From Tepidisphaeraceae bacterium (GTDB lineage: Bacteria; Planctomycetota; Phycisphaerae; Tepidisphaerales; Tepidisphaeraceae): a DNA stretch of 52,382 bases. The position numbers and the translations under genes are program-made. The notes under the pieces were generated by a model. It worked only from the letters and a program-made list of their open reading frames with translations. It did no database searches and was not told the origin of the DNA. Shown piece by piece: positions 16,420 to 25,065 of this stretch. Where the stretch lies: NCBI GenBank assembly GCA_035459845.1, contig DATHXE010000632.1, positions 1 to 52,382 on the forward strand, read 5' to 3'. The first letter of the stretch is position 1. Each line of letters opens with the position of its first letter.

Positions 16420-16651
16420 GGCTAAAATCGGCACCGCCTACGTGCGGCGCGATGCCTCGTTGGTGCCCGTTGCGAAGTTCGATCGGGCCGCACACGATTG
16501 CACATGCCGGTGTGACGCTCGGCCGTTCGCGGGTATGATTTTTTCGAATGTCGGCTCCGGGGGTGATCCAGATGCGTCCGGAGTCGGGTAGTGAACTTGA
16601 TCGCCGCTGTTGCGATGCGGTCCGATTCGCGTCTCTGAGCAGGAAGTTCGC

Positions 16652-17113
16652 ATGCGCTGGCCCGATCCGTCGATCGTCTGGAAGGCGATCGACGCCTACA
16701 TGTCCGCCGCCTACCCCGGGCCCGCGCCGTCGGGCGTGCGCGCGCGGCTGGACACGCTCAAGGCGTTGGATGCGGCGTCGTTCTACGAGTCGGCCGTGTT
16801 CGAGTCGCGCGGCGAGCCGGGCCACGAGCGTCTGCTGCTCCGCCTGGGGAACAAGGTCTACCCCCACATGAAGCTCGTGATCGAGCGGCGGCCGGACCGG
16901 CACGGGTTCCTCTTCCGGGCCGACACGCACGACGCGCACTGCTGCCCCGCCCCAGCGAGCCGCGAGTACGCGTCGTTCCGCGCGCTGATGGAGGCGAACC
17001 AGACGATCGGCCAGGCGATCGACGCGGCGTGGGAGGCGGCTGGGCTGCCGACGTTCAAGACGTACCTGAAGGAAGACCTGGCGCGGCGGCAGGCGGCGGC
17101 GCGGGGGAACTGA
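16652..17113 (+). CDS. hypothetical protein
   Basis: A 153-aa ORF from the ATG at 16652 with locus-typical GC3. No motif was recognised. Confidence 0.55.
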   Translation: MRWPDPSIVWKAIDAYMSAAYPGPAPSGVRARLDTLKALDAASFYESAVFESRGEPGHERLLLRLGNKVYPHMKLVIERRPDRHGFLFRADTHDAHCCPAPASREYASFRALMEANQTIGQAIDAAWEAAGLPTFKTYLKEDLARRQAAARGN

Positions 17114-17126
17114 ACGGGTAGTAACG

Positions 17127-17528
17127 ATGCGTTGGCTACGGTCACTTGAACGCCTACTGGACGCCGCGGTTTGGGCCGCGGGCTTCGTGGTCTTCCTGTT
17201 CTTCGGTATCGCCACCATCGTCCTGTGGGTGTTGGCGATCTGCTCGCTCTGGGGACACACTTGGATCGGTCGCAGAGCGCCGGATCCCCCGTGGGGCAAT
17301 CGGCTGAGCGAGTTGGCTCTCTCGGCAATGTTCTCGGTCCCGTTTGTCTGGCTTACAATCAAGCTCTGGAAGGGACTGTTTGGCAAGGGGCGGATCGGGA
17401 CGAGCTACCGTGAAGGCGTATGCCCCGCCTGCGGCTACGACCTCCGCGAAACGCCGAACTGTTGCCCGGAGTGCGGGCGATACACGGGCAAGGGGGAATA
17501 TGACTCTCTTACGGAGAGCATTCGGTGA
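17127..17528 (+). CDS. small membrane protein with a C-terminal zinc ribbon
   Basis: Three hydrophobic helices are followed by CPACGYDLRETPNCCPECG. Codon usage is atypical for the locus. Confidence 0.6.
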   Translation: MRWLRSLERLLDAAVWAAGFVVFLFFGIATIVLWVLAICSLWGHTWIGRRAPDPPWGNRLSELALSAMFSVPFVWLTIKLWKGLFGKGRIGTSYREGVCPACGYDLRETPNCCPECGRYTGKGEYDSLTESIR

Positions 17529-17533
17529 GCGGG

Positions 17534-19507
17534 TCACTTCGCCGCGCGGGCGAGCGCAGCCTCCAACCGCCCCGCCGCCTCGGCGGTGCCGTCGTCGTCT
17601 ACGAACAGGCGGTGCCACATCTCCAAGGCGAGAAGCGTCCAGATCGCGCGCGAGCGGTCGACCCGGCCATCGAGGTGGTCGTCGACAATTCGCCGGACGA
17701 TTTCCTGGCGGAAATACCCGCGTGCTGAAGCACGCTCGCCGAGGAGCATATCGCGCACCCACGCTGCGAGGGGGCCGCGGAACCAGGGGGTGAGGGGGAC
17801 GGTGAAGCCGACTTTCCGCCGGTAGATGGTTTCGCGGGGGATGTAGCGCTCGGCCAGTTGTTTAAGCAGGATCTTCGTCCGCCGGCCCTTGGCCTTGTAG
17901 GCGGCCGGCAGTCGGGCGGCGTACTCGACTAAGGGGTGATCGAGCAGCGGCACCCGCGCTTCGACACTCGACGCCATCGACATGCGGTCGCCCTTGATCA
18001 GCAGGTCGTCGACCAGCCAGGTGTGCAGGTCGGCGTAGAGCATCCGGTCGAGCGGTTGGCCAGAGTCGCACGCGGCCAATACCTCGCGGAGTTTCTCGGG
18101 TGCGCCGATCGTGCCGGCGAGCGTCTCGGGCCGGCATAATTCTGCGACGCCGCTCTGGTCGAACCCGGCGAACCACGCGGTGAGTCGCTCCGCCTCGTCG
18201 GCGATCGCCAGGTTCTCCAGCGCGATCCGCGCGCGGCGCTTGGAGAAAGGCAGGAGCTTGGCCGCGCCGCGGAGCATCCCCCGCCGCGCGAAGTTCGGCA
18301 TCCAGCTGAGGTACTTCGTCCACTGGTCGGCGGCGCATTTGGGGTAGCCGCCGAAGAGCTCGTCGCCGCCTTCGCCGGTGAGCATGACGGTCACGTGCTG
18401 GCGGGCGAAATTGCAGAGAAGGTACGTCGGGATCGCCGCGGGCTCGGAGACCGGCTCGTCGTACACCCAGCACAGCCGGGCGAAGTTCGCGACGAAGTCG
18501 TCGTACCCGACCGTGACCTCGTGGTGCTCGGTCCCGTACCGCTCGGCCACCGATCGCGCGTACGGCAACTCGCTGAACTCCTCGCGGTCGAACCCGATCG
18601 AAAACGTCCGCACGGCGTCCCGGAACCCGCCTTGCCGCCGGAGGAGTTCCATACGGGCGACGATGAGAGACGAATCCACCCCGCCTGACAACTGCGCCCC
18701 GAGCGGGACGTCGGACATGAGGTGGGACCGCACGGCGTCGCCGACGAGTCCGTCGACCTTCTCGACCGCATCGGCGAACGAAACGCCCTCTTTCTCGCCG
18801 TATCGAACGTCCCAGTACCGTACGGGCGACACGCCGCCCGCCGGTGGCGGTTTAGCGACGTCGACCTCGAAATAGTGTCCCGCCGGCACCTTCGATACGC
18901 CCTTGAACATCGTCCGTGGCGCGGGGACGTATCGGAAGGTCAGGTACTGCACCAGCGCGTCGCGATCGACCTCGCGTCGCACGCCGGGGTAGGCCAGTAG
19001 CGCTTTGACCTCGCTGCCGAAGATCAGTGCGCCGTCGGAGATCGTGTAGTAGAGGGGTTTGATCCCGACGCGGTCGCGCGCGATCGCGACGACACCGCGT
19101 TTCGCGTCGTAGACGGCGAACGCGAACATGCCGCGCAGCCGGTCGACCAGGCCGCGGACGCCCCACTGCTCGTACCCGTGCACGAGCACTTCCGTGTCGC
19201 ACCGCGACGCGAACCGGTGGCCGGCGGACTCGAGCTCGGGGCGAAGTTGTTCGTGGTTGTAGATCTCGCCGTTGAAGACGACCTGGACCGAGCCGTCCTC
19301 GTTGGCCATGGGCTGGTGGCCGCCGGCACGGTCGATGATCGCGAGGCGGGTGTGGGCGAGCCAGACATTTTGGTCTACGCTAGTCCATTCCCCATTGCCA
19401 TCAGGACCACGGTACTGCAGTGACGCGAGGATCCGCGCGCGGGCGTCGTCGGTCAGGCGCCAGCGGCCATTGGGATCGAGTTTGACCGCGCCGGCGATGC
19501 CGCACAT
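17534..19507 (-). CDS. asnB: asparagine synthase (glutamine-hydrolysing)
   Basis: The N-terminal MCGIAG provides the Ntn Cys2 of a class II glutamine amidotransferase. The synthetase domain has the PP-loop SGGVDSS. Confidence 0.93.
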   Translation of the reverse strand: MCGIAGAVKLDPNGRWRLTDDARARILASLQYRGPDGNGEWTSVDQNVWLAHTRLAIIDRAGGHQPMANEDGSVQVVFNGEIYNHEQLRPELESAGHRFASRCDTEVLVHGYEQWGVRGLVDRLRGMFAFAVYDAKRGVVAIARDRVGIKPLYYTISDGALIFGSEVKALLAYPGVRREVDRDALVQYLTFRYVPAPRTMFKGVSKVPAGHYFEVDVAKPPPAGGVSPVRYWDVRYGEKEGVSFADAVEKVDGLVGDAVRSHLMSDVPLGAQLSGGVDSSLIVARMELLRRQGGFRDAVRTFSIGFDREEFSELPYARSVAERYGTEHHEVTVGYDDFVANFARLCWVYDEPVSEPAAIPTYLLCNFARQHVTVMLTGEGGDELFGGYPKCAADQWTKYLSWMPNFARRGMLRGAAKLLPFSKRRARIALENLAIADEAERLTAWFAGFDQSGVAELCRPETLAGTIGAPEKLREVLAACDSGQPLDRMLYADLHTWLVDDLLIKGDRMSMASSVEARVPLLDHPLVEYAARLPAAYKAKGRRTKILLKQLAERYIPRETIYRRKVGFTVPLTPWFRGPLAAWVRDMLLGERASARGYFRQEIVRRIVDDHLDGRVDRSRAIWTLLALEMWHRLFVDDDGTAEAAGRLEAALARAAK

Positions 19508-19543
19508 AGGGGAAAGGATTCACGGGTCGGGAGGCGGAGTGGT

Positions 19544-19652
19544 GGCATGGGTACGACCGTGAGGCCATACCCGTGGACGGCGCCGGATCGCGCGCGACGC
19601 GCTCCCCTTCGGGCGGCGCTGTCGCTTGCCCTTCGGGTCGCGGCTAAACGAG
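19544..19652 (+). repeat. GC-rich dispersed intergenic element, copy 2
   Basis: Hairpin module: ggcatgggtacgaccgtgaggccatacccgtgg. Core: cgcgctccccttcgggcggcgctgtcgcttgcccttcgggtcgcggctaaacgag. A single-arm heptamer run (ggactcaggactcaggac, 19664-19681) follows. Confidence 0.75.
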
Positions 19653-19698
19653 CGCGCCGCGCTGGACTCAGGACTCAGGACTTCTTTCTTCCTTCCCC

Positions 19699-20328
19699 CT
19701 ATCGGTTCGATTTCGGGCGGACCGTGATCGACTTGGGGGAGGTCGGGCATTCGTGTTGGCAACTGCCGCAGCCGGTGCACCCGCCGGGCGTGACCTCGAT
19801 CCGATTTCCCTCGACGTTGATCGCCCGCGCGCCGACGGGGCAGACGTCCACGCAGAGCTGGCAATCCTGGCCCTGCGTCCGCAGGCAGGTCGACTCGTGC
19901 CACTCGGCGATCCCCATGTCGACGTACTCGAAGTTCACCGACATCACGGCCCCGCTCGGGCAGGCGTACATGCACTGCAGCCCGGTGCACATGATGCAGC
20001 TCATGTCGTCGGGGTCGATGTAGGGGACGCCCTCGCCCTCGGTGCCGGAGTAGTCGAGCTTGATGCACTTGACGGGGCAGACGCGGACGCATTCGCCCGA
20101 GCGCGAACACTGGTTGCGGAACTGTTCCTCTTCGACCGAACCGGGTGGGCGGAGCCAGTGCTTGACCGGGCCCGCGGGCGTCGGGTCGGCGTCCATTACG
20201 AACCCCTCGAGCTTGTTCAGCTCGTCCATGATCTGCCGGGCCGGGCGCAGCGCGTGGCCGAGCGGTTTCATCAGCTCGGCGAGGCTCTGCTTGAAAAACC
20301 CGCGGCGCGGGAGGGGTGTGTCGGCCAT
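19699..20328 (-). CDS. NapG/MauM-like 4Fe-4S ferredoxin-type protein with a twin-arginine-like N-terminus
   Basis: The ATG at 20328 gives MADTPLPRRGFFKQS. LRPPGS..EEQF follows, then four Cys clusters (CSRSGECVRVCP, CIMCTGLQCMYACP, CLRTQGQDCQLCVDVCP, CTGCGSCQHECP). Confidence 0.8.
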   Translation of the reverse strand: MADTPLPRRGFFKQSLAELMKPLGHALRPARQIMDELNKLEGFVMDADPTPAGPVKHWLRPPGSVEEEQFRNQCSRSGECVRVCPVKCIKLDYSGTEGEGVPYIDPDDMSCIMCTGLQCMYACPSGAVMSVNFEYVDMGIAEWHESTCLRTQGQDCQLCVDVCPVGARAINVEGNRIEVTPGGCTGCGSCQHECPTSPKSITVRPKSNR

Positions 20329-20439
20329 AGGAGGACCGGAGTATAGACGCCCGGCCCGTCCGCCGCACGGGCCGCGCGTCATCGGGATCACGCCCATCGT
20401 CCTTTACAACGCGGGCGGGTCGCGGGCACACTCCCGGCC

Positions 20440-21267
20440 GTGCCGACCGCCCGCGAATTCAACGCCTACCGACTCGCCGAGCTGCGCCGGGCGATCAAGC
20501 CGTTCCGGCTGCACTTCTTCACGACATTGCGGTCGACCAGCGACCACGCCGCGTTGATGCGCCGCCGGGGGGACCTTTACGCGCCGGCGATCGTCCTGGC
20601 GGCACGGCAGATGGCGGGCCGAGGTCGTGGCTCGAACACGTGGTTCTCCGCCCCCGGCTCGATCACGGCGACGTTCGTCCTGCCGGTCAACGCCACGCTG
20701 GCCCCACACCACCTCCCGCTGGCCGCGGGCCTGGCCGTGCGCGACGCCGCCGCCGAAGTCACGGGAAACCCGGAGGTCCGGCTCAAGTGGCCCAACGACC
20801 TGGTCTACCGGACGCCCGCGGGGAAGCACGGCCGTGCGGCGCTACCCCCCTTCCAGAAACTCGCCGGCCTCCTTTGCGAGCGCCTCGACCAGGTTGACCT
20901 GATTGGACTGGGGCTCAATGTGAACCCGCCCGCCAGGCGCCTTCCCGCCGACCTCGCGCCTCGCGTCACCTTTCTTCGGAACCTCGTGCCGCCGGACACG
21001 GGCCACCTCGACCTCACCACCGTCCTGAGCACGGTCGCCCGCCACCTGCACCGCCTGCTGATCCGCCAGACCGACACGCCGTTCCCGACGGTGCTTCGGC
21101 AGTACGATGAGCATCACGCGCTGGTCGGCCGGACGCTGGCGGTGTATGCGACCGCCGAGCCGCCGGTGGTGGGGCGGTGCGAGGGGCTCGATTCGACGGG
21201 GCGGCTGCTGGTGCGGACGAAGGCGGGGGTGCGGAAGATCATCGCGGGGCACGTGGAACTGCGGTGA
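20440..21267 (+). CDS. birA: biotin--[acetyl-CoA-carboxylase] ligase (class I, no N-terminal HTH)
   Basis: Contains the BPL motif QMAGRGRGSNTWFS and the segment KWPNDLV. The start is GTG. Confidence 0.85.
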   Translation: MPTAREFNAYRLAELRRAIKPFRLHFFTTLRSTSDHAALMRRRGDLYAPAIVLAARQMAGRGRGSNTWFSAPGSITATFVLPVNATLAPHHLPLAAGLAVRDAAAEVTGNPEVRLKWPNDLVYRTPAGKHGRAALPPFQKLAGLLCERLDQVDLIGLGLNVNPPARRLPADLAPRVTFLRNLVPPDTGHLDLTTVLSTVARHLHRLLIRQTDTPFPTVLRQYDEHHALVGRTLAVYATAEPPVVGRCEGLDSTGRLLVRTKAGVRKIIAGHVELR

Positions 21268-21469
21268 TGGCTTCGCCGCCCCCTTCGCCTGTACGCGCCA
21301 TAGATCTCGGCGATTTCGCCATCGACTGCCGCGCGCGTACCGGAATACACTCTTCGTCCGGTCGTAACGCCGCTCACCGGGGCGCTTGACTTCGCCCCGC
21401 CAAACCTCACCCTATCGCGACCGCCGCCCGCGAGGCTGGCGCGGATCGCGTTCATCCACGGAGAACCGC

Positions 21470-22066
21470 ATGCGAACCACACCGCTCGTCGCCCTGCTCG
21501 CCTTGGCGCTCTGCGCCGCCCCCGCCGCGCTAGCCGAGAAGAAGGAAGCCAAGCAGTGGGACAAGCCGCCGGAGATGAAGATCGACCCGAAGAAGCAGTA
21601 CACCGCCGTCATGGAGACGACGATGGGGAAGATCACGATCGAGCTCTATCCAAAGCTCGCGCCGAACCACGTGAACAGCTTCGTCTTCCTCGCCAGGGAA
21701 GGGTATTACGACGGCGTGATCTTCCACCGCGTGATCAAGGACTTCATGCTCCAAGGCGGCGACCCGACCGGCACCGGCACGGGCGGCCCGGGCTATAAGC
21801 TCCCCGCCGAGTTCAACGACACCAAGCACGTGCGCGGCATCCTGTCCGCCGCCCGCACCGCGGATCCGAACTCGGCCGGGTCGCAGTTCTTCCTCATGCA
21901 CGGGGACGCCCCGCACCTCGACGGCAAGTACACCGTCTACGGCAAGGTGATCGACGGGCTCGACGTCGTCGACAAGATCGCCAACCTCCCGACCGACGGC
22001 CGCGACCGCCCGAACGACCCGCCGTCGATCAAGAGCATCAAGATCGAGGAGAAGGACGCGAAGTAG
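21470..22066 (+). CDS. peptidyl-prolyl cis-trans isomerase, cyclophilin type, exported
   Basis: The ATG at 21470 gives the signal peptide MRTTPLVALLALALCAAPAALA. Cyclophilin motifs FHRVIKDFMLQGGDP and GSQFFL are present. Confidence 0.9.
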   Translation: MRTTPLVALLALALCAAPAALAEKKEAKQWDKPPEMKIDPKKQYTAVMETTMGKITIELYPKLAPNHVNSFVFLAREGYYDGVIFHRVIKDFMLQGGDPTGTGTGGPGYKLPAEFNDTKHVRGILSAARTADPNSAGSQFFLMHGDAPHLDGKYTVYGKVIDGLDVVDKIANLPTDGRDRPNDPPSIKSIKIEEKDAK

Positions 22067-22067
22067 A

Positions 22068-22167
22068 TCGGTAAAGACGACAAACGAGAAGACGTCAAGG
22101 CGTCAGATCGTTGGTCGTCGCGCGCGTCCCCGCTTACGTTTTTCGACTTTCCGTTTTTCGACTTTCC
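22068..22167. repeat. imperfect low-GC hairpin, homologous to 3868-3934
   Basis: Left arm: cggtaaagacgacaaacgagaagacgtcaaggcg. Right arm: cgcttacgtttttcgactttccgtttttcgactttccg. It shares gaagacgt(c)aagg and cttacgtttttcg with the cox-downstream element. Confidence 0.6.
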
Positions 22168-22179
22168 GAAGGAACCCCC

Positions 22180-22674
22180 ATGCCCAAGTCCTACGCCTCC
22201 GCCCCCGCGATGTCCATCGACACCGCCAAGAAGTACACCGCCGTCATCGACACCAACCGCGGGAAGATCACGGTCGATTTGTTCCCCAAGGAGGCCCCGA
22301 ACACGGTGAACAATTTCGTGTTCCTGGCCCGCGACAAGTTCTACGACGGGATCAAGTTCCACCGCGTCATCCCCGACTTCATGGTGCAGACGGGCGACCC
22401 GGAGGGCACTGGTCGCGGCGGCCCGGGGTACAAGTTTGCCGACGAGACCGACCCGCGGAAGAACCCCCACAAGCACAAGGCCGGGACGCTCTCGATGGCC
22501 AACGCCGGCCCGAACACCAACGGCAGCCAGTTCTTCATCACGCACGTCGTGACCGACTGGCTCGACGGGAAGCACACCGTCTTCGGCCAGGTCCGCGATC
22601 CGGCGTCGCAGGCGGTCGTCAACTCGATCAAGCAGGGCGACGTGATGAACTCGGTCACCATCGAGGAAGCCTGA
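22180..22674 (+). CDS. peptidyl-prolyl cis-trans isomerase, cyclophilin type, cytoplasmic
   Basis: Contains [32 protein letters not shown] and HTVFGQV. The start is ATG at 22180. Confidence 0.93.
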   Translation: MPKSYASAPAMSIDTAKKYTAVIDTNRGKITVDLFPKEAPNTVNNFVFLARDKFYDGIKFHRVIPDFMVQTGDPEGTGRGGPGYKFADETDPRKNPHKHKAGTLSMANAGPNTNGSQFFITHVVTDWLDGKHTVFGQVRDPASQAVVNSIKQGDVMNSVTIEEA

Positions 22675-22690
22675 CCACCGACGTTTACAG

Positions 22691-22739
22691 TAGCCGCGAC
22701 CCGGAGGGCAAGCGTCAGCGCCGCCCGCAGGGGAGCGCG
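22691..22739 (-). repeat. GC-rich dispersed intergenic element core, copy 3 (inverted orientation)
   Basis: The reverse complement reads cgcgctcccctgcgggcggcgctgacgcttgccctccgggtcgcggcta. Confidence 0.7.
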
Positions 22740-22757
22740 CGAGCGATGAAAACGAAG

Positions 22758-22788
22758 ACGCCCGCACCAGTCCGGTGCGGGCGTTTTC
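22758..22788. terminator. bidirectional Rho-independent terminator between the convergent cyclophilin and SDR genes
   Basis: acgcccgcacc-agtcc-ggtgcgggcgt is an 11-bp stem, flanked by tttc on the plus strand and by a T-rich run on the minus strand. Confidence 0.7.
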
Positions 22789-22837
22789 AATTCCGTTCTC
22801 CCACGGCTCGGACGGAGCGTCGACCTCCCCTGCTCGT

Positions 22838-23590
22838 TCAGTGCAGCGAGTTCCCGCCGTTCACGCTCAGCTTCTGCCCGGTCACGAACTTCGCCCCGTC
22901 GCTCGCCAAATACGCCACCGCCGCCGCGATGTCGGCGTGTTCGCCCATGTGCTTCATCGGGACGCCGGCGGCGTACGAGTCTTTCATCTCCTGCGGGTCG
23001 GTTGCGTGCCGTTCGGTCGGGATCCAGCCCGGAGCGACCAAGTTCACCGTGATCTGCCACGGCGCCAACTCCATTGCCCACGACCGGGTCAGCCCGAGCT
23101 GCGCGCCCTTGGCCGATACGTAGTTCGAGAATTCCGGTACGCCCTTGTCGAACACTTCCGATCCGATGTTGATGATCCGGCCGTACCGCCGCTCCTTCAT
23201 CTGTCCGACGACCGCCTTGACCAGCAGCAGCGGGCTCTTGACGAAGAATTCGAGCTGGTCGAGGCAATCGCGCCAGGTGAGTTTCTCGACCGGCACGAAC
23301 GGCTGGGGGCCCGTGGCGTTGCAGACGAGGATGTCGACCGGACCGAGGTCGCGCGTGACGTCGGCGACGAGCCTAGCCACCTCGCCCTCGTCGCGTACGT
23401 CGGCCTTGAAGGCCTTGGCGACGCCGCCGGCGCTGGTGATCTCCGAGACGGTCTGGCCGGCCAGGTCCGGGCTGCCGAAGTAGTTCACTGCGACCTTCGC
23501 CCCGTCGACGGCCAAGCGGGCGGCGATCGCGCGACCCAGCCCGCGGGAGGCGCCGGTGACGAGGGCGGTTCTGTTGGCGAGTGGAAGCAT
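22838..23590 (-). CDS. SDR family oxidoreductase (FabG-like)
   Basis: Has the cofactor motif TGASRGLGRAIA, NATG, and a YVSAK Tyr-x3-Lys catalytic motif. The length is 250 aa. Confidence 0.9.
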   Translation of the reverse strand: MLPLANRTALVTGASRGLGRAIAARLAVDGAKVAVNYFGSPDLAGQTVSEITSAGGVAKAFKADVRDEGEVARLVADVTRDLGPVDILVCNATGPQPFVPVEKLTWRDCLDQLEFFVKSPLLLVKAVVGQMKERRYGRIINIGSEVFDKGVPEFSNYVSAKGAQLGLTRSWAMELAPWQITVNLVAPGWIPTERHATDPQEMKDSYAAGVPMKHMGEHADIAAAVAYLASDGAKFVTGQKLSVNGGNSLH

Positions 23591-23600
23591 AAGAGTGGCG

Positions 23601-24710
23601 TCACTTGTCCGCGTACGTCCGCCCGAGGTGCCCGACGATCGCCCGCTTGACCTCGAGCGGGTCGAACTGCCCGGTGTGGCGGTAAATCACCTTCCCGCCG
23701 GGCGCGACGATCAGCGTGTGCGGGACCGGGCCTTCCCACTTGGCGTCGAGCGCCGTCATCATCGCGTCGCGGTCGCCCTTATACAGGTAATTCGTTGTCG
23801 CGACCTTGAGTTCCTTTAGCTTGTCGTGCGCGAGTTGTTTTTTCTCCGGGTCGTCCAGGCTGATCGTGACCATCTCGAACGGCCGCTTGCGGTACATCCG
23901 GTTCATCGCCACTAGTTCGGGCAGCTCCGCCGTGCACGGCGCGCACCACGTCGCCCAGACGTTGATCACCCGCAGTTTCTGCCCGTCGTTCTTGGCCAGC
24001 GCTTTGATGCCCGCCAAATCGATCTCCGTCAACTCGACGGGCTCGGCGTCCCACTTGGCCAGCGACTTGGCCGCCTCTTCACGCTTGCTCGCCCACTTGG
24101 TCGAGCAGCCGAAGACCTTGGTCTTTTCTACGGGGACGGGCTTGCCGGCCAATAACGCGTCGAGCGCGTTCCGCAGGTCGTGTTTGGTCGGCGGCTTCAC
24201 CTGTTCGTCGTCGATCCGGCCCGTGTAGCGCAGCTTCCGCTCGGCGTCGAACAGGAACACGTGCGGCGTCGCCTGGCAGCCGTACGCCTTCGACACCGAC
24301 TGCGTTTTGCCGTCGTACAGGTACGGGAACGCGAAGTTCCGATCCTTGGCGCGGATCTTCATCGACTCCAGGTCGTCGGTCACGTCCGTATAACCCAGTT
24401 CGTCGAGCCGGACCGCCAGCGGGTCATTCGGGCTGATGGCCACGACCGCCACGCCCTTGGGCGCGTAATCCTTGTGCAAGTCGATCAGCCGCTGGTCGTA
24501 CGCCTGGGCGGTGGGGCAGTGGTTCGTCGTGAAGACGATCAGCAGGAGCTTGGCCTGCGCGAAGTCTTTTAGGGCGTGATCCTTCCCGTCCACGCCGGGC
24601 AGGTTGAAATCGGGCGCGGCGGCCCCGATCGCGAGCGTCTCCACCGTGTCGGCGGCGCGGGCCACCACCCCGACGAGCACCATCAACCCGAGCGCGACGC
24701 GGATGATCAT
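23601..24710 (-). CDS. exported tandem thioredoxin-fold (redoxin/TlpA-like) protein
   Basis: The ATG at 24710 gives a signal peptide (MIIRVALGLMVLVGVVARA). The first domain has a single Cys in NHCPT. The second has the canonical WATWCAPC. Confidence 0.85.
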   Translation of the reverse strand: MIIRVALGLMVLVGVVARAADTVETLAIGAAAPDFNLPGVDGKDHALKDFAQAKLLLIVFTTNHCPTAQAYDQRLIDLHKDYAPKGVAVVAISPNDPLAVRLDELGYTDVTDDLESMKIRAKDRNFAFPYLYDGKTQSVSKAYGCQATPHVFLFDAERKLRYTGRIDDEQVKPPTKHDLRNALDALLAGKPVPVEKTKVFGCSTKWASKREEAAKSLAKWDAEPVELTEIDLAGIKALAKNDGQKLRVINVWATWCAPCTAELPELVAMNRMYRKRPFEMVTISLDDPEKKQLAHDKLKELKVATTNYLYKGDRDAMMTALDAKWEGPVPHTLIVAPGGKVIYRHTGQFDPLEVKRAIVGHLGRTYADK

Positions 24711-25065
24711 GGCGAATCCTCCGCCGCGGATTGAAACGCAAACGCGCGACGCGGGCAAGCGTGCCGTGTGCGCAGCACACCCGCTTGCGGGCTAGCGGGC
24801 CCGCCCCGCCTCTTACCCGAAGGTTCGCTCATCCGTCCGCAGAATCCCACTGTGAGCCGACCGTGAGCGCGTGAGTTATTAGCCCTAACGCCCTAAAGGG
24901 GGCTCCCCCGCCCGTCGATCATCAAGACGTGAGGGCGTGACGGGCGTAGCGGCACAGGCCGGATACCCGTCACGGTCAATGCCTAATCCCCGAGCGCGAC
25001 CCGGCCGCCTCTGGCCGTGACGCGCGGACCGCGCCCGTGAGAGCGGGCCCCAGACGAACTGCGCG

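Noticed and set aside
17534-19507. The AsnB homolog as a lasso-peptide cyclase or other RiPP enzyme.
   Set aside because: It retains the catalytic N-terminal Cys (MCGIAG) of true glutamine-hydrolysing asparagine synthases. No precursor peptide, PqqD-like/B-protease or ABC exporter genes are adjacent.
21386-21469. Upstream extensions of several track ORFs: 21386, 22111, 27191, 31457, 41522, 45887, 47505, 50552, 38107 and 40329.
   Set aside because: Internal ATGs give proper signal peptides or canonical family N-termini. The extensions have atypical composition or run through intergenic repeats.
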